Positions 13,659 to 26,703 are shown, numbered from the stretch's first letter. The stretch: DNA of 64,000 nt from Malacoraja senta (GCA_038087875.1 CM075990.1:1862001-1926000), one strand, 5' to 3'. The notes: a model not told the origin generated them from the sequence alone. Translations and numbers: made by a program.

Positions 13659-14313
13659 TTAATCGATCAGAGGGGGTACGAACTCCTGGTTGATCAGCCG
13701 CGATTCAGAATCGATCTTAAACACTCGATACACACTTCAAAGTTTTCATATACACAGATTAATCTAACAAAATAGGTGCACACTTTAAATTGTCCAGTAC
13801 CTCAATATGAGATTCTGAATTTAGAGAATTTGACTCAAAAAATTTCAATTTGCTCTAATTAGCTTTTTGGTGTGTAACTCGACATATGCAAATTCCAATT
13901 CAAATTTAGTTCGGATGTAGAAGTCTCGAATGGATTAGAGTATTCTCAACCAATCTATACTCTAACCACCGAGAGCCCGATGCCTTTACGAGGGTCCGCC
14001 CCCATCTTTTCAGAGATCCGGGTACCTCAAACAGGCATGGTCTTTAACCAACATAGGCTCACCCTGTCAAAAAGGCTTCTTCCTTTCCACCTGCTTGGCA
14101 CCGGGTGTCAGCGCGTAACCTCTTCACGCTGGCAGTCGATCTGCACTCCCAGCAACGACGCAGTGCTTAGCCGCTTAGCACTGGTACACCCAGGTCGTCT
14201 TGAAATATCCACTCAATTGGATACCCGATGTTGACAAGGCCTCGAACCTCTAGTTTTTTTTATGGAATCGTTTTTTGTTTTTTGCCAGCAGCTGCAGCTA
14301 CAGATTACGACCA

Positions 14314-14409
14314 AGTTTTATGGGCCTTCAACCCAAAGGAAAGGGCCTTTAACCCAACCCTAGTTTTATGGGCCTTTAACCCTAAGGAAAGGGCCTTTAA
14401 CCCAACCCT
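14314..14409. repeat. 48-bp tandem duplication in ERV-B leader
   Basis: agttttatgggcctt(c/t)aaccc(a/t)aaggaaagggcctttaacccaaccct x2 plus a partial third copy. Confidence 0.9.
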
Positions 14410-14634
14410 AGTAGGCCCTCTAACCCCTAAGGCACTTTTGCCCCCAGTGCTTGCTAGACTCTGTTCTACAATCTCGTTGGGACCCTTTCCCAAGCTCGCA
14501 AATGATCGATCTGCTCCAACTAGCGAAGTGATGAAAATTGATGCGAAAACCACACCATGGCGCCGATTTCTTCGCTCGCGATCGAGACAGCTCAACACCC
14601 TTAATCGCAAGCATGTGTTTGGGGGTCCGTTGAG

Positions 14635-14652
14635 ATTCCAGACGAGCCCCCA
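14635..14652 (-). promoter_or_regulatory. ERV-B primer-binding site, tRNA-Pro type
   Basis: TGGGGGCTCGTCTGGAAT versus the MLV-type Pro PBS TGGGGGCTCGTCCGGGAT (16/18), 1 nt from the LTR end. Confidence 0.92.
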
Positions 14653-15170
14653 ATGTAAATACATTCTTCTAAGCTTCCCCCCAGGCTAGATCAGTCACAA
14701 AAAAAAGCACTGTCAAGCTCTGGAACAACTAATCTTTATTTTTAGATTGAACTGCAAATTCCCCTATACGCAGGGCCGGATTTAGATGAAGAGAGGCCCT
14801 AAGCTGTTCCACTTGTGAGCCCCCCCCCCCCCAATCTCCCAACCCCATGACTAGAGGAAGATGGACCACCAGAGTAACACCGATTTGCAGCCGAGCGTGG
14901 CCCATGAGATAAGGGGCTGGAAAGCTGAGCTATATTTATTTATTTATTGCCAGTGCTAGTGCCGAGTATTTGGCTTAAAACACTATTATTCTGAAATGGA
15001 GGGCAAGGAAAATTACTGAAGGGTTGTTTAGAGACTACAGTGCATTGGTGATCCGCTGGGGGCGACATGTTGGAGTAGTCGCACTTTTCCACGCTCCCGA
15101 CCTGTTCACCTCCAACTTTTATTATAGCTCAGCCTAAGTTTTATAACTACCCATAAATATTTAAACACCA

Positions 15171-15930
15171 TTGACAGCACCTCTCCACGCCGTAAAGAAG
15201 CCAAGCAGAGGAAAGAAAGAGGAGCAAAAGACGGAAGACCCGACGACCAGCACCGGCATGGCCACGCTAGCAGCCATGTTAACAGAGCACAAGGTATCGC
15301 TACTGGCAGAATTCAACGCAGCGTTCACCAAACTGGAAACGAAGCTGGACAATATCCAGACCACTATTTTAGATCACCAACACCGTCTTTCGTCATTAGA
15401 GTCTTTTGCCGATACCACCAGCCAAGATATACGAGCTATAACGACACGAAATAACATAAGGATAGTCGATCTCCCCGAGAATATCGAAGGCCCCCAAACA
15501 CCAGCTTTTTTCTCTCAACTCCTGCTCGAGACTCTTGGCGAACACACACTGGAACCAGCCCCGGAGCTAGACCGAGCCCACCATACGCTAACAGCCAAGC
15601 CAAGCCCTGGTGAGAAACCCAGAGTAGTTGTGATCTGCTTCCATAGATACCAAACCCGCGAGTTGGTGGTGCGTGAGGCTCGGAGGCAGAGGGGTAAGCT
15701 GAAGTACAAGGATATCCCGATCCACATTTTCGAAGACTCCTGTCCCGAGATAGTTGAACAACGTTATGAAGGAGCTGTACAACATGGGTCTCAAACCCTC
15801 CCTTCATTATCCAGCCAAGCTGTTCATCATGGCCGGGGAAGGAAAGAGGCGACGAATAACATCTCCCAAGGACGCTCAGGATTTCATCTCATCTTACCGT
15901 CGACGCAGACCGGGACCCACAGACGACTGA
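15171..15930 (+). pseudogene. L1-b ORF1, internally deleted and frameshifted
   Basis: Coiled coil, RNNIRIV.LPE, ELDRAH, PRVVVICFH; end coordinate approximate. Confidence 0.88.
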
Positions 15931-17158
15931 CTTCGCTCGGTACGTCTATATCCGAGTGGCACAGGGGTCCGGTTAATCTACAGTTACACTGTGGACTAAC
16001 TTTAGCTTGACTGCTCTTAGCAACTGGCCATTGCTAGCGTTCGGCCTTGCTGATTATACTAGACCCCTGTCTTGAAATGTATGAGGCTGGTAAGAATTCA
16101 CCACGATTCGTGACTATCTTATACCAACTTTTCCTTATAATGTTTATGTGTAATCATACTTGAAAGGTTCTTCACCTGCACATGCTATAAAATTGGGCTT
16201 TAGGGACCCACTTTGTGGTTCGTGATCTGGTCTCTGCCTTCTTGTTTTTAGCAGCTGGCTGCTAACGCTGCCAGCATTCGGCTAGTTTGTTTACACTAGT
16301 CTTCCTAGCGGACTGTCTGGGGCTGATAAGAGCTCATTACAGCCAAGGCTGTGTTATACCAATCTGCTCCTATAGCGTTTTTGTTTAACAATACTTAATT
16401 GATGTTCTTTTGCCCTGCGCTTTAATCCAAGAGCCCAGTTTGCAACTTGCTAACTTTGCCAACGCTAACTCTTTCTTTATACCTTGTCGACTTTAAGATA
16501 TACTATGTAACACCAAAGGAAGCTATTCTTGCTCCACTTATACGTTGGCCTGCTTATTCAGTATCACCATTTTGTTAATTTGCTTTGTCTTATTATTACT
16601 ATCATCATTACTATCATTACCAGTAGTGTTAGCAATGACATTGGCAGTGCAACTACTATGGCTATTATTTCAACTTTGTATTCATTTATTTATGTTTATT
16701 TTACTTTATTTCTACTTTCTATTTTTCAAATTATTATTATCATTGTTATTATTATTATTACTATACTTATTTCATTTTATGTTACTTTACTGACATTGAT
16801 CGATTTTGTTGCTTTGGGAGGTGGAAATATTGGGAGTTAAGATCGGATATCTCCATGCGGATGCGAGGACAACGCACCTTGGTGCAATGGGCAGTCAAGG
16901 TTCAGTTGGGACATGGGGGTTCTCAGGTCTGGGGACTCAGGTTTGAAAGATGGTTAAGTGATATGTGTCCCATTTGTTTGTTGTGTGTGTACGTGTGTAT
17001 GTATCTTTTTATTTTTATTTATTTTTTATTATCATTTTTTTTTTAATTACTCCTTTCTCCCCCCACATCCCCACTCTCGGCAGCTGGCTTCGATGTGCTC
17101 TTCCGTCTCGACTTGCAGTACTACAGCACTCTGCCCACTCGCTTGGATATAGCTAAGT

Positions 17159-20100
17159 ATGGCCAACACAAACGACACTCTTAGATTTGTCTCGTGGAAC
17201 GTGAGGGGGGTGGGAAGTCCTACCAAGACTGACAGGATCTTGGCCCACTCGCAACAGCTCAAAGGCGATATATTTTTTATTCAAGAGACCCACCTTCGCA
17301 ACAGAGAGGTAACACGGCTTAAGAGAGGCTGGATTAGCCACTTATTTCACTCGAAATTTAATGATAGGGCTAGGGGTACTGCTATCCTGATTCGTAAGAA
17401 CGTTATGTTCGAACCACAGAAAACTGTGGAGGAACCTGCTGGCCGCTTTGTCATGGTGTCTGGCAAACTGCAAGACACACCTGTCATATTGGCCAGCATT
17501 TACGGACCCAACTGGGATGACAGCTCATTTGTAACCAAATTTTTTACATCTCTCCCAAATATTGAAAATCACCACATCATTGTAGGTGGAGATTTTAATC
17601 TGGTCCAAGACCCTATATTGGATAGATCTTCGAACAAAGCCTCTACTTTAACTAAATCAGGTAAGACTCTGCATGCTCTTGCCAAACAACTTGGACTCAC
17701 AGACCCATGGAGATTTACATTCCCCACGACTAAATTATTTTCATTTTTTTCCCACGTGCACCGTACCTATACCCGTATAGACTTCTTTCTCTTAGATAAC
17801 AGATTGCTCTCCAAAATCAAATCCAGCGAGTATCATAGCATCGTAATATCAGATCACCCTGCGACCTCCCTCGATCTCCACTTTCGTAAACGAACTAACC
17901 CCTTTAAACAGTGGAGGTTCAACTCCTCATTATTAGCAGAGGCTCACTACATGCAATTCTTGCACTCCCAAATCACCTTATATTTTGAGCTGAATGACTC
18001 GCCGGACATAGAAAGAGGTACACTCTGTGAAGCTTCAAAAGCCTATATTAGGGGCCAACTTATCTCTTTTGTCTCCAACCTGAAAAGAACCGAGACGTCC
18101 CAAACGGCAGACCGGTTACAAAAAATAAAGGACATTGATGACAAATATGCATCTGACCCAGACCCTAACCTTTATAGAGAACGCCTTAGGTTACAAACAA
18201 ACTTTGACCTCACGTCTACTAATAAAGCGAAGCTACAACTGCTTAAATCTAGGCAACACTTTTTTGAATCTGGGGATAAAGCTGGGAAGCTTTTGGCCCA
18301 TCAGGCCAGAACCGAGGCAACTTCGCGGCTAATTCCAGCCATTAGATCCGGCTTAGGGGAGATTCATACTGATCCTCTTAGAATTAATGAAGCATTTGCT
18401 AAATTCTACGCTGAACTATACGTTCCGAATGTCCTCCCACTGCAGGTGACATGCTCAGTAGTATGATGTTTCCCCGAATTGACGATGAAGCCACGAGAGA
18501 CTTGGGTGGTCCCATAACTGTTGCTGAGGTCCAAGCAGCCATCACATCGCTGCAAAGCGGAAAGTCACCCGGCCCTGTCGGCTTCACTGTAGAATATTAC
18601 AAAGCTTTCTCTGCTCTCCTCACACCAGTCCTGAGAGATATGTACAATGAGGCATTTTTACATCGTCGCCTACCGCCCACCTTGTCGTGGGCTACTATCT
18701 CCCTAATTCTTAAAAAGGAGAAAGATCCCCTGCTTTGTAGTAGCTATAGACCAATTTCACTCCTGAATGTGGACCTCAAAATCCTCTCTAAAGCCCTTCA
18801 ACGAGTGATGCCCTCTATTATCTCGTTAGATCAAACCGGGTTCATACCAGGCCGACAGTCTTCCCACAATACTAGGCATCTCCTTAACATTATCCATTCA
18901 CCGAGTAGTGAGATCCCGGAGATAGTGGTCTCGCTCGACACCGAAAAAGCTTTCGACAGGGTCGAGTGGAGGTACCTATATGAGGCGATGGACAGGTTTG
19001 GCCTCGGTAAGTTTTATTCTATGGGTCAGTCTATTATACTCGTCCCCGGTGGCCTCAGTACAAACAAACGGCACACTGTCGCCCCACTTCCCCCCTCAGA
19101 GAGGTACCAGACAGGGTTGCCCGTTATCACCACTCCTGTTTGCTGTCGCGATAGAACCCCTGGCGGTCTGGTTACGCTCAGAGAAGGGCTTTAAAGGTAT
19201 TACACGGTTCGACATAACTCATAAAGTCTCATTGTATGCAGATGACCTGCTCCTGTACATCTCGAACCCAGTCAGTTCTCTCCCTGTGATTACGAATATT
19301 TTAGAACGGTTTGGTGCGTATTCTGGTTATAAACTTAACTACCAAAAGAGTGAGCTATTACTCATTGGCTAAGCAGCTCCCTCGCTCTTTAACCTCATTC
19401 AAATGGGCAGAGGATGGGTTTCGCTATCTCGGCGTTTTTATCACAACACCCTTATCTGATATGTTCCGCACAAACTTTCTGCCTCTGGTTGAGAAAGCCG
19501 AAGGAGATTTTGACCGCTGGTCAGTTTCACCGCTATCCCTCGTGGGCCGGATAAATCTGGTCAAGATGGTCGTCCTACCGAAATTCCTGTATCTTTTCCA
19601 GCCCGTCCCTATACTTATCACTAAATCTTTTTTTGATAAATTAGAAAGGACAATATCAAAATTTTTATGGGGTAGCAAACCGGCTAGAATCCGAAAGGCG
19701 ATACTGCAGTCTCCTAAGAGTGACGGCGGTTTGGCACTTCCTGACTTTAGGCGATACTATTGGGCAGCTAACGTGCAAAAACTCCTGTATTGGATGAATG
19801 ATGATTGCGACCACCTACCGACCTGGGTATACATGGAAAAGGCGAGTTCATGTCTCCCGTTGCGGTCTGTCCTGTGCTCCCAACTCCCCCTTCCTATAAC
19901 ATCTGTGGGTGCAGGCCCAATTGCATCCCTCTCGCTCAAGATATGGAGTCAACTCAGGAAAAACTTCGGTTTACAAGGCCCTTCCATCTTGACCGCACTG
20001 CTTAAAAATCACATCTTTAAACCTTCAACTGCAGACCACGCATTCAATACCTGGCATAGCAACAGTAGCAGTAGTATCAAAAACCTATACAAGGATGGCA

Positions 20101-20931
20101 TCTTTTCGCCCTTTGCGGAGCTCTCGTCCAACTACAGCCTCCCAAACTCCCACCTTTTTCGTTTTTTCCAGATTAGGGATTTTGTGAAGAAGACATTCCC
20201 CCATTTCCCAAATCGCCCCCCTGAAACCCTGACCGATATCATCTTAGCTCTAGATCCCAACCGTAAGAAATGCATCTCTATTTTGTATAACTTGCTAGGG
20301 TCGGTTATATTGAAACTTCATACCTCATTAAAAGCTGCGTGGGAGGGTGAGCTGAATACGAAACTAACAGACCAGCAATGGGACTCTGCCTTGGATTTGA
20401 TCCATTCTTCCTCCATATGTGCCCGTCATGGCCTAATCCAATGCAAAGTCCTTCACAAAGTCCACTACACAAATGCAAGATTAGCTAGAATGTACCCAGC
20501 TGTTAGGGGACACCTGCAACAGATGTAATCAATCCCCTGCCAACCATAGCCATATGTTTTGGTCTTGCCCTAAGCTAGCAGCTTTTTGGAGGAGTGCTTT
20601 CGACTTGATAAGTAGAGCCTATGGCCAGACTATTCCTCCAAACCCAATGTCAGCCATTTTCGGTACCCCTCCCAACACCAACCTCTCTGTTGCGGTGAAA
20701 CGGGTCCTAGCTTTTACAACCTTGTTAGCCCGGAGACTGATCTTGCTTAACTGGAGGCTCACCTGTCCCCCGACACATGCCCGTTGGATTAAGGAGGTGC
20801 TTTACAATTTAAAGCTTGAAAAACTTAGGTTCTCTCTCAAAGGCTCTACCAAGACATTCCTAGATACATGGAACCCTTTCTTGGAAATGGTTAACTCTCT
20901 TAACTTGTCCCCGGACTCGGAAGAGGACTGA
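17159..20931 (+). pseudogene. L1-b ORF2 (EN + RT + C-terminal zinc knuckle), frameshifted
   Basis: SWNVRG, QETHL, GGDFN, SDH, SPGP.G, YRPISLLN, RQGCPLSPLLF, LYADD and HMFWSC across five ORF pieces. Confidence 0.95.
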
Positions 20932-21740
20932 GTGTTCTCCACCATTGTTTTGCTCTACTGCAGCTGCTTTCCCCTTAACCCCCCCCTCCCCACACTTATT
21001 TATTTAATTACTTACTTATTTACTGTTATTAGTGTTAGTTTTTTTAATTTTTTAATTTTTTATTTTTATTAAATTTTAGTACTTTTTGTTTAGTTTATCT
21101 TACCATATTTGTGTGGATGTGTACGTATGTGAGTGTTGTTTGTCCCCGTTTGGTTCCAACCTGATTCGGGTGGGTTGAAGGTGGGTAAGGGTAGGGGCTT
21201 TGAGGGTCGCTTACATACTGTTGCACAATTATGCCTTGACTGTCACTGTCTGATATCATAGTATGTATGCAAATTGCTGTGAAATTCAAATAAAAAGATT
21301 TAAATAAGAGACTACAGTGCATTGTGACAACATATGTAAGAAAGGCCTATGAGAGTGTCAAAAATATTATACACCTTGCAGGGCTCTCACTTAATTTTTT
21401 TTCTCTGTTGTCAGCCGGGCAACCTTGGCAGCTTTTTAAGTTGCCAAATGACAGTTTAGGTGGTCATTTAAGACGGCTTGCATGACGCGTGCGATAATGT
21501 GCTTGGACGAAGTGCGTAGTTACCTGTCGGAATTATGCTCAATGAAGCACTCACATATTATTTCTGCTTCAAATAAAGCCATAAACTAAACATATTCACC
21601 AATCAAGACATGATATATACCACAATGACATGCAGCAAAATTATAATACAGTATCTCAACTCTTTTTACATGTTGCAATGAATACAATTTCTATTATTTC
21701 TTTCCACTTGTGGTTGGATTATTCAGCGTATGATCAGCCT

Positions 21741-22080
21741 CGGTGAGACCAAGCGCAGGCTTGGCGATCGCTTCGCACAACACCTCCACTCAGTTCGCAA
21801 TAACCAATCTGATCTCCCGGTGGCTCAACACTTCAACTCCCCTTCCCATTCCGAATCCGACCTTTCTGTCCTGGGCCTCCTCCATGGCCAGAGTGAGGCC
21901 CACCGCATATTGGAGGAGCAGCACCTCATATTTGCTTGGGTAGTTTACACCCCAGCGGTATGCACATTGGCTTCTCTAATTTCAGGTAGTCCTTGCTTTC
22001 TCCCTCCTTCCCCTCCCATTCCCAGCTCTCCCACAGCCTACTGTCTCCACCTCTTCCTTTCTTTTTCATGTCACCCCCCT
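21741..22080 (+). mobile_element. Penelope-like element 3' fragment (GIY-YIG endonuclease C-terminus)
   Basis: GETKRRLGDRFAQHL.SVR....LPVAQHFNS..HS.SDLSVLGL. Confidence 0.85.
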
Positions 22081-24000
22081 TGCCACACTTGTCATTTTAA
22101 TTAAGTTCAAGACTATGGGGCTGTACATTGGCCATAAAGTTGCTGCCTAAAAGTGCCAGAGACCCAGAATTGATCCTGAATATGGGTGCTGTCTGTATGG
22201 AGTTTGCTCCTTTTCCCTTTGATCACATGGGTTTTCTCCGTGTGCTCTTGTTTCTTTCCACATTCCAAAGTTGTGCAGGAACCTATTTCATACCCAACCC
22301 AAAACATAATATTTTCCTTTTGTCCAGAGATTCTGTCTGACCTGTTGAGTTACTCCAGCTTTTTGTGTCTATCTTCAGTTTAAACCAGCATCTGCACTTC
22401 CTACACACACGATACTATACGATAGAACTTTATTAATCCCAGGAGGGAAATTGTGTGTGTGTGTGTGGGTATATATATTATACACACACACACACACACA
22501 CATATATATTTATATAGTTATATATTCATATATAAATATACACCGTTTTGTTTTCTCATTTATAACATTGTTTACAGAGTACTATGTTTACATATTCTGT
22601 TGTGCTGCTGCAAGTAAGGATTTCATTGTTCTAACTGGGATGTGAGAGAATAAAACACTCTTGACTCTTGACTTACTCCGCTAATGTGTGGGAAAGAACT
22701 AGTGTACGGGTGATCAATGGTCGGTGTGGACTCGGTGGGCTGAAGGGCCTGTTTCCACGCTGTATAGTTAAATTAAACTAAAGACACTAAAACCAGAGGG
22801 AGTCTAAAGAAGGGTCTCTACCCGAAACGTCACCCAATGTCTTCTATCCTGAGTTGCTGGCTGCTCCATGGAATTCCCCCGCACGATTAAAGCATGGAAT
22901 AGTCTTCACCCTACCATAGTTACCCAACCAGACGTAACTAAATCTAAGGTACCTCTTTTCCCCCCAAGAACCCTTTTTTGGTTAAGTCCAAGTCAAGAGT
23001 CAAGAGAATGTTATTGTCATGTGTCCCAGATAGGACAATGAAATTCTTACTTGCTGCAGCACAACAGAATATGTAAACATAATACAGAACAGGAGATAAA
23101 AGTTCAGTGTGTTTATATACCATAGACCATATATATACACAATAAATAAACAGATAAAATGCAATAGGCTGTTATTGTTCAGCCCTCTACTACCTCCAGT
23201 TTAAATTCCATTTAGAATATTTATGGAGGACCAGGAAACCAGAAGAACGAGTTACTCCAGGGAGTTACTCCTGATCCAGGGTCAGGGAGTGATTCTGCGT
23301 TGGTTTTCAGTGCTGGCGGCAAGGCAGCGACCGGACAGCAATGGCGGCCAAATCTCCCAGAATTCAAAGCGAGGGAGAAAGTGCCCAGCGCCGACCAGTT
23401 GCCGTGGCAGTGCTCATGCGCAGGGCGGCCGATGATGTGCGGGCCGTGGTTGTGCGCATGTGCAGGGGGAGGACGTGCAGGTCGCTGCAATGCACATGTG
23501 CAAGGCGGCCTGCCGTGAAAGCGGATGAAGAGCGAGCAGAGAGAGCGGAGACCCGGCGGCCCGGACACGAATAGCGGGGGGAGATGGAGAGAGGGAGAGA
23601 GATAGAGAGGGAGGCCCGCCCAGAATTGAACCACAGGTGTCCTGCCTTGGCCGGAGGCCCCCTAGATTTTGAGGCCCTAGGCTTCAGCCTATGAAGCCTA
23701 GTGGTAAATCCAGCTCTGCGAGGCCCCCCTGGTTCTCGAGGCCCTAAACTTAAACTTGTCCAGCTTATACGTAAATCCGGCCCTGCCTATACGATACCTA
23801 AACCACCGCGGGTTCGATCCTTGTATCTGCCTGGCCAAGCTCTTCAGGCTCGTGCAAGCAGAAACACTCTAAAAGGTCACGCAGTCCCAAGAACTCTTCC
23901 AGAAGATTGACAAAGGACCTCGTGGGGCTGCCTTTTATAGGTAGCCCCCCGGACCTTGAGGGACTGAAGTACATAGGGGTGGTCTCTTTGCAATCCAATC

Positions 24001-24315
24001 CAGAAACACCACTGGGACCGTCAAAAGGGCCCATCAGCAACTGCACTTCCTGAGGAAACTAAAACAGGCCTCACTCCCCACCAACATCCTCAGGACTTTC
24101 TACAGGGGTACGGTGGAGTCTGTACTCACGTACTGTTTAAATACGTGGTACTCCACCTGCAACTGCTCGGACAGGAAGGCTCTGCAGAGGGTAGTGAGGG
24201 GAGCAGAGAAGATCATTGGCGTCTCCCTACCCTCGGTACAAGAACTGTTCCTGAGCCGTTTTGAACTGCACAACTGTTGCTTGCAAGATGACAATAAAGG
24301 AATTGAATTGAATTG
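24001..24315 (+). mobile_element. Rex1/Babar LINE 3' fragment in ERV-B 5' LTR
   Basis: KRAHQQLHFLRKL, FYRGTVESVLTYC..WY, DRKALQRVVR.AEKIIG; AATAAA plus (GAATT)n tail. Confidence 0.85.
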
Positions 24316-24793
24316 AAACATATTAATTACAACAATACATTATTGAAAGTTCCCCAAACCAATAACAGAATCTCACATACATTATTTCAGGAGAAGCTTC
24401 TGGAAGAAACTTGAATAATGCAACATTTACCCTAGAATTCAAAACAACCCTGCCAGGGCTTAACACTTTGGGCAATCAACAAACAGCAGGGTAACCGTCT
24501 AGCAACGTTATTTACAATATATACAATGCTTTTGCAGTAATCCAATCAACTTCATACATTTTACACTTCTTTGGAGGTCTTCTGCAGAAATCTCATTCAT
24601 TCTGTCAATTGAAGAGATACTCATACATTTCTTATCTGCAACACTGATCTTGGCCCAAGACTTACTGGCACCATCAACAGCTTGTCTTGTATCTGCAGAA
24701 ACACAGATTTGACCAAAATGGCCTAACAATGCATGAAGCCTTTACTAAATGTTGGTGTTGTATCTGCTCTGTTTCAGCCAGGATTTACAATGC

Positions 24794-26670
24794 AAGCCCC
24801 AGCATTGGGAAGACCATTGTACGACAGACCCTTCCAGCTCAACTGCACTATTTTATCTGAATGTGCAACCTCAGTTCTGGCACAAAAGCATGGGGATAGG
24901 CATAGACCAGTTGCCTATTACTCTTCGAAATTAGATCCTGTAGCCAGGGGGACACCCACTCTGCACCCAAATTCTAACTGCCATATATAACAGTTTACAG
25001 TCGCTGCAAATTTGACCCTACAGCAGGAGATTGTAGTATATAGCTCACACTCGGTGGCAGCCTTGATGGGACAGCTCCAAACCCAGCATTTAACAATGGC
25101 TCGCCAGAATAAATACGAGATCTACCTATTAAATCATCAGAAACTTCAATTTAGGCATTGCACATCAATTAACCCAGCATCTTTTCTTGTCTCACCCCCA
25201 GAAGACAGTCAGAGGAGGGACATGACTGTTTATTTATCATTGAGGAGGAGACATCTGTGAGGGAGGACTTGAGAGACGCACCCATGGAGGACCTGGACAT
25301 GACTTTGTATGTAGATGAAAGTTCATCTATTGGACCCTGGGGTGAGAAATTGTCTGGGTATGCAATTATTAATCAGAATGGGGAAAATGTAGAAGCAGCT
25401 GCCTTTGAGTGACCTTATGCAGCACAACAGGCTGAATTATTTGCTTTAATTCGGGCTTGTATTATTGGAAAAAATTAAAGGTAAATATTTACACAGATTC
25501 TCGGTGCATGATTTCGGACAATTGTGGAGAAATAGAGGATTTCTAACTAGCAGGGACTCAAATTACAAATAATCAATTGGTGACAGATTTATTAAAGGCC
25601 CTGATGCTACCCAGTCATGAAATGTAGGATTGTATGACTGGACTGTGGACCACTCCAGCAGGGCAAACTTGCATGACAGATTCTTTGGCAGTATGGGTTC
25701 TAGAGTGCATGCACTATGCAACTCAGTGTGGTGCAAGAGCAATAGGATACACTCTTTTGGCAACTTGGTGGCATCCAAGATTACAAACATTAGCTCAAAA
25801 AGTAAGCAGTAATTGCCTAGTCTGCTAGAAATACAATCCAGGGAAAGGAATAGGATGTGAAGAGGGAAAGACACCATTGCCTATGGGTCCGTTCAAGACA
25901 TTACAGATGGACTACATCGAATTGGAGAGGTGCCAGGGTTATAAGTATGTACTTATCATAGTCGATGCATTCAGCCGGTGGATCGAAGCTTACCCAACCC
26001 TTGATAATAAAGCGGCTACTGTTGTCAAGGTGTTAAGGAATTAAATTGTCCCTAGATTTGGCATCCCTATTCGACTTAGTTCAGATAACAGTCCACACTT
26101 TATTGGGCAAATTAATAAAGAATTTTGTGAACAGCTGGGCATCCAGCAGAAATTACACTCTGCTTATCGACCACAGGCTGCTGGACTTGTAGAAAGGTAA
26201 ATCAGACCATTAAAACTAAATTAGCTAAATTGAAGGCGGAGACTGGAATTGGTTGGATTAAATTACTTCCCATAGCTTCATTTCAAATGAGAGTCGTGCC
26301 TGCAGGGAAATCTAGACTGAGCCCAGCTGAAATTATTTATGGTAGACCCTTGAGAATACCTTGAAATCAAAATGCGATGAAAATAATCAACTTTCATCAT
26401 ATGCTGCGGAGATGACCGACTACATTCTAGCTTTGACTCGAGCATTGAGAGAATCACACTATAGAGTAAGAGCAGCATATAGTGAGTTGCCTTTGTTGAC
26501 AGCTTCGACTAAAGTGGAGCCTGGAAAATATGTCCTTGTAAAGAACTGGGTAAGGAAAGGGTTGGAGGTTCGCTGTGAAGGACCTTACCAGGTTCTCCTA
26601 ACGGCACCAACAGCAATGAAAGTAGAGGGTTGAAATGTATGGATGCATTTCCACTACTGCAAGGGCAAGT
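24794..26670 (+). mobile_element. pol: ERV-A pol 3' part (tether, RNase H, integrase), degenerate
   Basis: Resumes with QAPALGRP; RPVAYYS.KLDPVARG; RNase H YVDESS..AQQAEL; integrase LQMDYI, SDN.PHF, YRPQ.AG.VER; EGPYQVLL (GPY/F). Confidence 0.93.
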
Positions 26671-26703
26671 GGCAAGTTAGGCTGCTAACTTGCTTTATTC
26701 CAG

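Larger units (their letters stand above)
15048..21306 (+). mobile_element. L1 element b, apparently full length
   Basis: 18-bp TSD AGAGACTACAGTGCATTG at 15030-15047 and 21307-21324; ORF1, ORF2, and AATAAA near the 3' end. Confidence 0.95.
14771..23785. mobile_element. Non-autonomous hAT-superfamily DNA transposon
   Basis: 14-bp TIR CAGGGCCGGATTTA...TAAATCCGGCCCTG; 8-bp TSD CCTATACG at 14763-14770 and 23786-23793; empty site visible in the 3' LTR (~963-970); no transposase ORF seen. Confidence 0.92.
859..24789 (-). mobile_element. ERV-B provirus (pol largely deleted, env-less) with nested insertions
   Basis: Two homologous LTRs bounded by TGTAAAT...ATTTACA; 4-bp TSD ATGC at 855-858 and 24790-24793; PBS and PPT define minus orientation. 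Confidence 0.93.
14654..24789 (-). repeat. ERV-B 5' LTR in three pieces (14654-14770, 23794-24000, 24316-24789)
   Basis: Pieces are colinear with 859-1657 once the hAT and Rex1 insertions are removed. Confidence 0.92.

Noticed and set aside
16529..17156. Hydrophobic membrane-protein-like ORFs
   Set aside because: Translations of (ATT)n/T-rich L1 inter-ORF spacer; the same applies to 3723-3962 in the L1-a 3' UTR.
21379..21735. Second nested hAT starting CAGGGCTCTC
   Set aside because: No matching right TIR or TSD found, so it cannot be delimited.
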